This document shows, in pieces, positions 7,787-15,204 of a DNA stretch of 53,849 bases. Below the pieces are notes generated by a model. It worked only from the letters and a program-made list of their open reading frames with translations, was not told the DNA's origin and did no database searches. A program made the translations under genes and the position numbers. Every line of letters starts with the position of its first letter. Within the stretch, counting starts at the first letter, position 1. This DNA comes from a bacterium (GTDB lineage: Bacteria; UBP18; UBA7526), in contig JAUWYL010000001.1 in assembly GCA_030615855.1 (NCBI GenBank), positions 1-53,849 of the forward strand, in the 5' to 3' direction.

Positions 7787-8577
7787 TATTTGCTGGTGAA
7801 GTAAGAAAAGATTTCTTCCATAGTAGCCTTGGGGGTCTTCGCCTTTCTTCGTAATTCTGTTAGTGTCCCGCAGGCCTTTATCCTGCCTTGGTCTATGATG
7901 GCGATACGGTCGCAGATTTCCTGGGCCTCGTTCATCTGATGGGTAGTCAAGAAGACGGTCTTCTTCTGTTGAGAGACGAGTTTCTCTCTAATAAAAGTCC
8001 TCAAATTCTTGGCAGCGGTAGGATCCAGACTCTTGGTGGGCTCATCCATAAATAGAATCTGGGGATTGGGCAATAGGCTCCTTGCTAAGGAGAGCCTCTG
8101 CTTCATGCCAGTAGAATATTCCTTAAAGGAGATATTTAGCATCCCTTCTATCTCCAAGAGTCCAGCCACCTCTCCCATTCTCTTCTTTATTTGGGTCGAA
8201 GAGAGATTATAAAGAATAGCAAAGAATTCCAGATTCTGTCTACCAGTCAGTCGCCAGTAGAAGCAGCGCTCCTCACCAGTCACCAGTCCAATGGACTCCT
8301 TAACCCCGGCTTCATCCTTCAGGATGTTATATCCATTGACATAGGCCTCTCCCCTGGTGGGCAATATGAGAGTAGAGAGTAACTTTAAGAGGGTGGTTTT
8401 ACCCGCTCCATTGGGACCCAGAAGTCCAAATATCTCTCCCCTTTTTACCTGGATATTCACCTCTTCTACTGCCTTGACCACTCCCTTTGTCCCGAAGGGA
8501 TGGGCGAGCAATCTCCCCAGGCCAGGGGTAGGAGTGAAGTATTTTGTGAGATTTATGGTTTCTATGGCATAGGGCAT
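7786..8577 (-). CDS. ABC transporter ATP-binding protein
   Basis: GPNGAGKTT, YSTGMKQR, MDEPT; GGAGG RBS favours ATG at 8577 (MPYAIET). Confidence 0.92.
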   Translation of the reverse strand: MPYAIETINLTKYFTPTPGLGRLLAHPFGTKGVVKAVEEVNIQVKRGEIFGLLGPNGAGKTTLLKLLSTLILPTRGEAYVNGYNILKDEAGVKESIGLVTGEERCFYWRLTGRQNLEFFAILYNLSSTQIKKRMGEVAGLLEIEGMLNISFKEYSTGMKQRLSLARSLLPNPQILFMDEPTKSLDPTAAKNLRTFIREKLVSQQKKTVFLTTHQMNEAQEICDRIAIIDQGRIKACGTLTELRRKAKTPKATMEEIFSYFTSK

Positions 8578-8599
8578 GACAGCCTCCGATACAATAGGT

Positions 8600-8628
8600 A
8601 GTTTAACAGATAAGAAATAGGATGTCAA
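8600..8628 (-). promoter_or_regulatory. Sigma70-type promoter for the ABC operon
   Basis: Minus strand TTGACA (8628-8623), 17 nt, TAAACT (8605-8600). Confidence 0.6.
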
Positions 8629-8636
8629 ACTCAGAT

Positions 8637-8665
8637 TTGACAATCCATGCAATATAAGATATAAT
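8637..8665 (+). promoter_or_regulatory. Consensus sigma70 promoter for the PAS/sensor operon
   Basis: TTGACA 8637-8642, 17 nt, TATAAT 8660-8665. Confidence 0.8.
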
Positions 8666-8702
8666 ATCAAACAAATTACATAGGGCGTAAAGAGAGGCCA
8701 AA

Positions 8703-10109
8703 ATGGTTAAGGAAAAGAAAGAAAGAGAAGAGATGGGGATGGAAGAAGAGTTAAGAAAGTATCGATTGATAGTGGAGTCTGCTCAGGATGCTATATTCGT
8801 AAAGGATTTGGATGGTCACTATCTCTTGGTCAATCAAAAGTGCTTAGAAGCATTTGGCAAGTCAAAGCAAGAGGAGGTCCTGGGCAAGAGGGATGATGAA
8901 CTCCTGCCCCCAGAACAGGCCAAAATAAATATTGAGGATGACCAGAAGGTTTTTAAAACTGGCAAACTTAAAGAGGTAACTAAGAAGATGACTGTTGGAG
9001 GAAAAGATCGTTGGTTTCAAGCAAAAAAGGTTCCTCTGAGAAATGCCCAAGGGAAGATTATTGGTCTCATTGGCATTGCCCGGGATATCACCGAGCAGAA
9101 GAAGGCGGAGGAGGAGATTAGAAATTCTCAGGGAAAGATTGAAATCCTCATCAATTCCTCAAGCGACCTCATCTTTCTTAAGGATAAGAATTTTAGATAT
9201 TTAATAGCCAATGAATCAATCGGAAAGTTCTATAATAGAAAGATAAAAGACATTATTGGTAAGACAAACTTCGATTTTATGCCAAAAGAAGTTGCTGAAG
9301 AATGTAGGAAAAGTGATGAGGAAGCCTTACAATCCGGGGGTCCTATTAGAAGAGAAGAATATATTGGGGACAGATGCTTCCATGTTATTAAACAGAAAGT
9401 TGTGGACACAAAGGGGAATGTTATTGGTATAGCAGCTGTGATTCGTGACATCACCGAACGCAAGAAAGCGGAGGAAAGGATAAGGGAGTCAGAGAAGAAA
9501 TATAGGGACATGGTAGAGATTACCACCGATTGGGTATGGGAAGTCGATAGGGATGGGGTATATATTTATGTTAGCCCTAAGGTCAAGGATATTTTGGGTT
9601 ACGAAGTCGATGAAGTAATTGGTAAGACTCCCTTTGATTTGATGTCAGAGGATGAGGCAAAAAAGATATCAAAATTCTTCAGAGAGAAGGTAATTAAAAA
9701 AGAACCCTTCTTCGGTTTGGAGAATATAAATAGACATAAGGACGGACATTTGATAGTACTGGAGACAAGTGGCATACCAATAATGGATGAAAGAGGAGAA
9801 CTGGTTGGCTATCGAGGTATTGATAGAGACATCACCGAGCGCAAGAAGATGGAGAAGATGTTGTGGAAAACCGAAGAACAACATAAGAAAGTTATTGAAA
9901 ATATTTTCAAATTTGTCCCAGAAGGTCTGTTAGTTTTTACAGATAAATTAGACTTATATAAAAAAAATAAAGCTTTTCGAGACATCGTTCAAAAATATTC
10001 TGCTAAGCTAAATTATACAGAACAAGAACTGGCAGAAATAATTATTGAAAAGGTAAAAAATAGAATAATCACCGGGAATAATACGGCAATCAGGGTTTCT
10101 AAAAAATAG
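8703..10109 (+). CDS. Multi-PAS sensor protein (three complete PAS/PAC plus the first half of a fourth, divergent PAS)
   Basis: Three RDITE[QR]KK PAC ends; final IFKFVPEGLLVF...NKAF segment lacks a PAC. Confidence 0.85.
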   Translation: MVKEKKEREEMGMEEELRKYRLIVESAQDAIFVKDLDGHYLLVNQKCLEAFGKSKQEEVLGKRDDELLPPEQAKINIEDDQKVFKTGKLKEVTKKMTVGGKDRWFQAKKVPLRNAQGKIIGLIGIARDITEQKKAEEEIRNSQGKIEILINSSSDLIFLKDKNFRYLIANESIGKFYNRKIKDIIGKTNFDFMPKEVAEECRKSDEEALQSGGPIRREEYIGDRCFHVIKQKVVDTKGNVIGIAAVIRDITERKKAEERIRESEKKYRDMVEITTDWVWEVDRDGVYIYVSPKVKDILGYEVDEVIGKTPFDLMSEDEAKKISKFFREKVIKKEPFFGLENINRHKDGHLIVLETSGIPIMDERGELVGYRGIDRDITERKKMEKMLWKTEEQHKKVIENIFKFVPEGLLVFTDKLDLYKKNKAFRDIVQKYSAKLNYTEQELAEIIIEKVKNRIITGNNTAIRVSKK

Positions 10110-11278
10110 GCGTGAGGAAGGAGCAAATAGGCAAAATAATTTTTAGTAAAGTATTGGAGATACCCTTAGCAAAGTATCTCACCTATATTGAGAAAATAAC
10201 AAAGGGATCAATAAAGCCTTTTTCAACCCACAAGTCTGTAAAAAAAAATTATTTTATGCTAAAACAATGATTAAAGATGGAACTCTATGTTTTAAGGTTT
10301 CAGATAAACGTTTAGAAAATATCTATTCGACTCAAAATTGTACTGAGAATAAAATAATATGTTCATTGAAATGGATTAACACCAGAAATAAATTTTCTTT
10401 ACATATTTTAAAAAGCCTCTTCCGTTATCAAAGTAAATATTGGTTTTCTGGCAAAGAGACAGATCTAAAACCTTTGACCTTAAAACAATTCTTATCCTTA
10501 TACCCACTAAAATATCTTGATCAAACTCGACTTTCAAGGTTAATTTCAAATTTATTGGTTATGAATCCTCAAAATCGGGTTATTAATCTTAAAAGTTTAT
10601 TTATATCAAAGAAAAAATATTACTCATACCTTGTTAAAGAATTAGTTAGGGGTAACGAAGATGCCTTGAAAGATAAGGAGATTCAACGCCTATTAGTTCA
10701 AAAAGGAGTACATTTACCCCTTAGAACGATATGTAATTGCAGAAAATTACTTAATATCCCTAACTATAAAGAAAGAACCACTTATTGTTATGAAAAGGAT
10801 ATAACTTTTAGTAATTACATAATGTTATTAAAAAGATATTTAAATAAAATTCCAACTGAAACTGGAACTTATGAATTAAGCATTTCATCAAAAATTAATT
10901 ACCTGAACTACAAAAGTAATGTTATATATATAGGTTCTTCCAAAAATCTGCGAAAGCGGATAACAAACTATTTTGGTAATAAACTAAAAAATAATCGTTT
11001 GAGTAAATTTATCAATAATTACGATGTATTCTTGCGTTTTTGTCTAAACCAAAATTACATCTTAGTAGAAAAAAAGCTCCTTAAGAATTTTAAGAACATT
11101 TATGGAGAGTTACCAAAGGCTAACAGTTTAGGAGGATAATTATGGAAAAGAATCCAGAAAAAACAGGAGAACTTATTTTGCAATTTGATTCAGCAAGAAT
11201 ATTTTTTGCAGAAGAAGAAGAAGAAGAAGAAGCCAGGATTGTTGTATCACTTAAAGACATCACCGAGCGCAAGAAGAT
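9827..11278. mobile_element. AT-rich cassette bounded by an identical 24-bp direct repeat (AGACATCACCGAGCGCAAGAAGAT)
   Basis: Repeat at 9827-9850 and 11255-11278; interior visibly more AT-rich than the flanks; carries a GIY-YIG gene. Confidence 0.5.
10112..11139 (+). CDS. Sigma54 (RpoN) DNA-binding-like domain fused to a GIY-YIG nuclease; main ORF 10267-11139, probable N-terminal extension across an A9 frameshift
   Basis: LKPLTLKQ...RLSRLI...L..D.EI...L..KG..L..RT....R..LNIP...ER (degenerate RpoN box); IP..TGTYEL...VIYIGSSKNLRKRI (GIY-YIG). Confidence 0.7.
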
Positions 11279-11453
11279 AATCAGTGATTTGGAGAAGACA
11301 AAGGCGGAACTAACTGCAAAGATTGAAGACCTAAAAAAGTTTGAAAAAGTAACTGTGAACCGGGAATTGAAAATGACGGAATTGAAGAAAAAGATAAAGG
11401 GGTTAGAGAAGCAACTAAAGATGAGTGGAGAAAAATCGGTGGATGAGAGATGA
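11142..11453 (+). CDS. PAC half-domain with poly-Glu linker and C-terminal RELKMxELK coiled coil
   Basis: (GAA)7 encodes EEEEEEE; IVVSLKDITERKK; KVTVNRELKMTELKKKI. Confidence 0.65.
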   Translation: MEKNPEKTGELILQFDSARIFFAEEEEEEEARIVVSLKDITERKKIISDLEKTKAELTAKIEDLKKFEKVTVNRELKMTELKKKIKGLEKQLKMSGEKSVDER

Positions 11454-12133
11454 GAAGGATAAAATGGTTAGTTATCGGGGGCATCTGGTTTCTCTACTGG
11501 ACCTGGGAAATAGTTGAAGTCCGTCTGGGATTTAAGACCTTTGATCCGGAACACATAATGGAAGGGGTAGTCAAACTATTTCTATGCTCTGGAATAATCT
11601 ACTTCGCCTTCAGGCTGATAGAACGATATCATCAAAAAATAGTTAGTATGAAGAGCTATTATGAGAATATCGTTGAGAATGCGGCCACCGGTATTATTGC
11701 CGTTGACCGAGAAGGAAGAATTACTACCTGGAATAGGTATATGGAGGAAAAGTATAAGATTAAACGCAGAGAAGTAATGGGAAAGAATATCTTTGAATTC
11801 TTCCCCCTTATTCAGACTAATGACATTGGTCAGGGAATAAAGACTGTTTTAAATAGCGATAAACCGCTTATTATAGATAGGGTGAGACATAAGACTAAGC
11901 GGGTAGGAGAGAGAATAATTGATTTCAAAATCTATCCTTTGAAGAATAGCCTGGGAAAGGTTACGGGAATAGTGTTGTTGAACGATGATGTTACTGAGAG
12001 AATAAAGATAGAAGAAGAACTGAAGACAAAGTATGAGGAGTTAGAGAAGTTCAGCAAGGTAACGGTCGGTCGGGAATTGAAGATGATGGAATTGAAGAAG
12101 AGGATAAAAAAGTTAGAAGAGAAATTAAGATGA
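11450..12133 (+). CDS. Membrane-anchored PAS protein with C-terminal GRELKMxELK coiled coil
   Basis: Two TM segments, IVENAATGIIAVD..G.I..WN, DVTER, KVTVGRELKMMELKKRI. Confidence 0.8.
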   Translation: MRRIKWLVIGGIWFLYWTWEIVEVRLGFKTFDPEHIMEGVVKLFLCSGIIYFAFRLIERYHQKIVSMKSYYENIVENAATGIIAVDREGRITTWNRYMEEKYKIKRREVMGKNIFEFFPLIQTNDIGQGIKTVLNSDKPLIIDRVRHKTKRVGERIIDFKIYPLKNSLGKVTGIVLLNDDVTERIKIEEELKTKYEELEKFSKVTVGRELKMMELKKRIKKLEEKLR

Positions 12134-12226
12134 ATAGAGGAAGTAAAAGAAGAGGAAAAAAACAGGATGCAACTTACTAAGGAAGGGAATGAAAGCATCT
12201 TAGGAGAATAATTTGGGGATTAATTC

Positions 12227-13627
12227 ATGAAGATCAGAAAGAGAGTAGAGAAGAAGACAAAAGAATGGGAAGAAAGCAATAAAGCGCTACAGAGTATCAC
12301 AAAGGTCTTGTCATTGGCCGTTAGTGAAGTACCTCTTAAAAAAATATTGGAGACTTCCATAGTGGCTGCTGTGGAACTAATTGGAGCCGATGCTGGCTCC
12401 ATCGGTATCCTGGATAAGGAGAAAAATATCATTAGATATCCCGTTAACTATAAGATGCCGGATTTTTTGAACCGGGTAACTGCTCCTGCAGGTAAGGGTA
12501 TAGCAGGGTATGTCATGACAAAGAAGAAGCCCATGATTATTGACGATTATCCCTCCATGCCTCAGGCCCTGAAGGAATTTATCAGGGGAGGGCTAAAAAC
12601 GCTAATTGCCGTTCCCCTTATGTATCGAGGTGAGGCCCTGGGAACCTTGGGAGTATTCGGGCTGTCACTAAAAAGAAGGTTTACTGAAGAAGAGTTGGAA
12701 AAGATTCTGGCTATTGCAGATAATCTATCTTTAGCTATCAGCCATACCTCAGCACATATTGAAAGGAAAAAGGCGGAAGAGGATTTAGAAAAATACGCCA
12801 AGGATTTAGAGACCTCGACTAAAGAGCTAATGGATTTCAGGAGGGCGATATTAAATATATTAGAGGATATAACCGAAGCCAAGGGAGAGATAGAGAAGGC
12901 CTATGGAGAACTGAAAGAGACTCAGGAGCAGTTAATCCAGGCGGGGAAGATGGCCTCCACCGGGCAACTAGCTGCAGGAGTAGCCCATGAATTGAATAAT
13001 CCCTTAGTAGGGGTCTTGAATTTCTCCCAACTTCTGCGGGAAAGGATGAAAAAGGACGATCCTAACTCAGAGTATGTGAAGATGATTGAAAAGGGAGCCT
13101 TGCAGTGCCAGAGGATTGTAAGGGGTCTTTTGACTTTCTCGCGTCAAGATAGAGAACCCTTCCAGCCCACAGATGTAAATAAGAGTATCCAGGAGGCCTT
13201 GCTTCTGGCGGAAACTCAAGTGAAACTTCAGAAGATAAAGGTAAAGTGCCATTTCGCCTCTAATCTACCAAAGATAATGGGAAGCGCCAATCAGCTGCAA
13301 CAGATGGCTTTAAATATGATCATCAATGCCCGAGACGCCATGCTTCAAGGAGGGAACCTGACGATTATCACCAGACTTCGCAGTCAGGGATTAAAGAGAG
13401 AACTCATCGAAGTGATATTTCAAGACACAGGAGTAGGAATGACAAGGGAAGAGATGATTAGGGTCTTTGATCCTTTCGTTACTACTAAGAAACCAGGCCG
13501 AGGAACGGGTTTGGGTCTGGCCATTAGTTACGGAATTATAAAGAATCATGGGGGCGATATAAAGGTAGATAGTGGGAGAGGCAAGGGAACCACCTTCACC
13601 ATTATGCTTTCTGTGACAAAGAAATAA
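12227..13627 (+). CDS. GAF-domain sensor histidine kinase (NtrB-like)
   Basis: GAF (GKGIAG, IAVPL); GVAHELNNPL H-box; NARDA, DTGVG, GTGLGL. Confidence 0.92.
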   Translation: MKIRKRVEKKTKEWEESNKALQSITKVLSLAVSEVPLKKILETSIVAAVELIGADAGSIGILDKEKNIIRYPVNYKMPDFLNRVTAPAGKGIAGYVMTKKKPMIIDDYPSMPQALKEFIRGGLKTLIAVPLMYRGEALGTLGVFGLSLKRRFTEEELEKILAIADNLSLAISHTSAHIERKKAEEDLEKYAKDLETSTKELMDFRRAILNILEDITEAKGEIEKAYGELKETQEQLIQAGKMASTGQLAAGVAHELNNPLVGVLNFSQLLRERMKKDDPNSEYVKMIEKGALQCQRIVRGLLTFSRQDREPFQPTDVNKSIQEALLLAETQVKLQKIKVKCHFASNLPKIMGSANQLQQMALNMIINARDAMLQGGNLTIITRLRSQGLKRELIEVIFQDTGVGMTREEMIRVFDPFVTTKKPGRGTGLGLAISYGIIKNHGGDIKVDSGRGKGTTFTIMLSVTKK

Positions 13628-13628
13628 G

Positions 13629-13706
13629 CACACAGATGATCGCAGATGGAAAGACGTTAATCGGTAACGGTAACGAAGCCCGTATCGGTTAATGGTTAGG
13701 GTAACG
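13629..13706. repeat. Left arms of four-helix-bundle cassette (outer CACAGAT-type, inner GGTAAC-type)
   Basis: cacacagatgatcgcagat ... cggtaacggtaacgaagcccgtatcggttaatggttagg. Confidence 0.7.
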
Positions 13707-13710
13707 TAAA

Positions 13711-14136
13711 ATGGAAGGAAAAAAGAGAATCACGAGCTTTAGAAATTTAGAGGTATACCAGAATACTTATAATGCTATGCTAATTGTGATGAAAGAAATT
13801 GTGCCTAAATTACCTGATAACGAAAAATACGATTTAAAGGACCAATCGAGTCGTGCATGTAAAACAATACCAAGATTAATAGCAGAAGGCTATGCTAAAC
13901 GTCATCAAAAAGCAGGCTTTCAAAAATATATCGATGACGCTATGGGTGAATGTAACGAGATGGTTGTTAGTTTAAGTCAGTGTAGAGATATTTATCCTAC
14001 ATATGTAAATGTAAAACGTTGCGATGAGTTAATTGATGTATATGATAAATCAGGAAGACAGCTTTATAAATTAGGTAACGCTTGGACAAATTTTAAAGAC
14101 GATAGACGTAACCGTAAGACGAAACGGGCATCGTAA
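13711..14136 (+). CDS. Four helix bundle protein (23S rRNA IVP-like family)
   Basis: SFRNLEVYQ...LP..EKYDLKDQ..RA...IP..IAEG. Confidence 0.9.
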   Translation: MEGKKRITSFRNLEVYQNTYNAMLIVMKEIVPKLPDNEKYDLKDQSSRACKTIPRLIAEGYAKRHQKAGFQKYIDDAMGECNEMVVSLSQCRDIYPTYVNVKRCDELIDVYDKSGRQLYKLGNAWTNFKDDRRNRKTKRAS

Positions 14137-14180
14137 CCTTAACCGTAAGACGATATTAAAAAATCTGTGATAATCTGTGT
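14107..14180. repeat. Right arms of four-helix-bundle cassette, inverted relative to the left
   Basis: cgtaaccgtaagacgaaacgggcatcgtaaccttaaccg; atctgtgataatctgtgt. Confidence 0.7.
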
Positions 14181-14196
14181 ATAAGGGGCTGAATAT

Positions 14197-14712
14197 ATGG
14201 CTAAGGCGAAGATATTAGTGGTAGATGACGAGGCCTATACCAGGGTCTTTTTTTATGAGTTATTAAAAGAAAAGGGATATAGGATTAGCATTGTAGAGGA
14301 TGGGAGAAGAGCAATTGAGACTGCGAAAAAAGGATCCTTTGATCTCGTTTTTTTGGATGTAAGAATGCCGGACATTGATGGGGTAGAGACCTGCAAAGCA
14401 ATTAAGAAGACCAGCCCTAAGACGATCGTCATTATGATGAGCGGCTACCCGGTTGAAGATGAGGTGAGAGAGGCACTCAAATTAGGTGCCTCTGATTATG
14501 TTGCTAAGCCATTTAATCCAGATGAGATAATGGGTATTACCCAGGTGGCGGAATATCTCAATATCCATAGGATGACCCTTTATGACTTGGTCCGAACGAG
14601 AAAAATTCCGGCCTTCAAGGTGGGCGGTCAGTGGCGCTTCAGAAAGGAGTTACTGGAGAAGTGGATTACTACTGAGACTAAGAGGCGGGAAAAGCGTTCT
14701 AAGAAGAAATAA
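14197..14712 (+). CDS. Response regulator: REC plus excisionase-like HTH_17 domain
   Basis: ILVVDDE, FLDVRMP, KPF; VAEYLNIH..TLY......IPAFKVGGQWRF. Confidence 0.9.
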   Translation: MAKAKILVVDDEAYTRVFFYELLKEKGYRISIVEDGRRAIETAKKGSFDLVFLDVRMPDIDGVETCKAIKKTSPKTIVIMMSGYPVEDEVREALKLGASDYVAKPFNPDEIMGITQVAEYLNIHRMTLYDLVRTRKIPAFKVGGQWRFRKELLEKWITTETKRREKRSKKK

Positions 14713-14752
14713 ATCAAATCGTTTAATTTTACTTAACAATTTATAAAAATAC

Positions 14753-14781
14753 TTGACAAAGCAAAAATAGTGTGGTAGATT
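14753..14781 (+). promoter_or_regulatory. Sigma70 promoter with extended -10 heading the long + strand gene run
   Basis: TTGACA 14753-14758, 17 nt ending TGg, TAGATT 14776-14781. Confidence 0.65.
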
Positions 14782-14821
14782 ATTTTTGTATCCTTAAAAA
14801 TTACGAGGGGAAAGGTTCTTG

Positions 14822-14988
14822 TTTTTTATTGTATCGGAATTTGAATAAATTCAATTCCGACCGCCCCTTACCCTTCGGGTCAAGGAGCGGGACTGCGATA
14901 GGCACTAGACCGATACGAACCCAGCCTCTTTGATAAAAGGGGCTGTCCGAAGGGAGATAGAGCATGAGTGAAACGAGTGCCTATCTGG
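14822..14988 (+). ncRNA. Putative structured cis-acting RNA, copy 1 (family not recognised)
   Basis: Hairpins tcggaa.ttgaa/ttcaa.ttccga, ccgcccctt/aaggagcgg with cUUCGg cap, cagcctcttt/aaaggggctg; long-range gataggcact/agtgcctatc; homologous copy at 22201-22411. Confidence 0.6.
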
Positions 14989-15009
14989 TCTGGATTAGGA
15001 GAAGGGTCA

Positions 15010-15204
15010 ATGGCAGATAAGATAATGACTGTCAAAGAGGTGGCTAAGTATTTAGATATTCATCCCATGACCCTCTATAGGTTAGTTAGAGAAGGAAGGA
15101 TCCCGGCCTTTAAGGTCGGTGGTCAGTGGAGGTTCCAGAAGAGAGCCTTGGACAGATGGGTAGCCCAAAGCATAAATAAAAATTGTACTCCTGAGGGGAA
15201 ATAA
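15010..15204 (+). CDS. Excisionase-like HTH_17 DNA-binding protein
   Basis: MADKIMTVKEVAKYLDIHPMTLYRLVREGRIPAFKVGGQWRF; ATG 15010 preferred over GTG 14968, which lies in the RNA element. Confidence 0.85.
   Translation: MADKIMTVKEVAKYLDIHPMTLYRLVREGRIPAFKVGGQWRFQKRALDRWVAQSINKNCTPEGK

Noticed and set aside
8578-8670. Extended N-terminus of the ABC ATPase
   Set aside because: It overlaps the divergent promoters; GGAGG precedes ATG 8577
13711-14136. Diversity-generating retroelement or 23S rRNA intervening sequence
   Set aside because: No reverse transcriptase, template/variable repeat pair or rRNA sequence is visible in the window
14822-14988. Known c-di-GMP-I/II, c-di-AMP, HDV or hammerhead RNA
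   Set aside because: Only short fragments resemble these consensus motifs and I could not place the full conserved cores by eye; an Rfam scan is needed
14968-15009. GTG start for the HTH_17 gene
   Set aside because: It lies inside the structured element; ATG 15010 has an RBS and matches the domain start
14197-15204. Prophage or ICE excisionase module
   Set aside because: The HTH_17 domains are fused or linked to receiver domains and no integrase or phage genes are present
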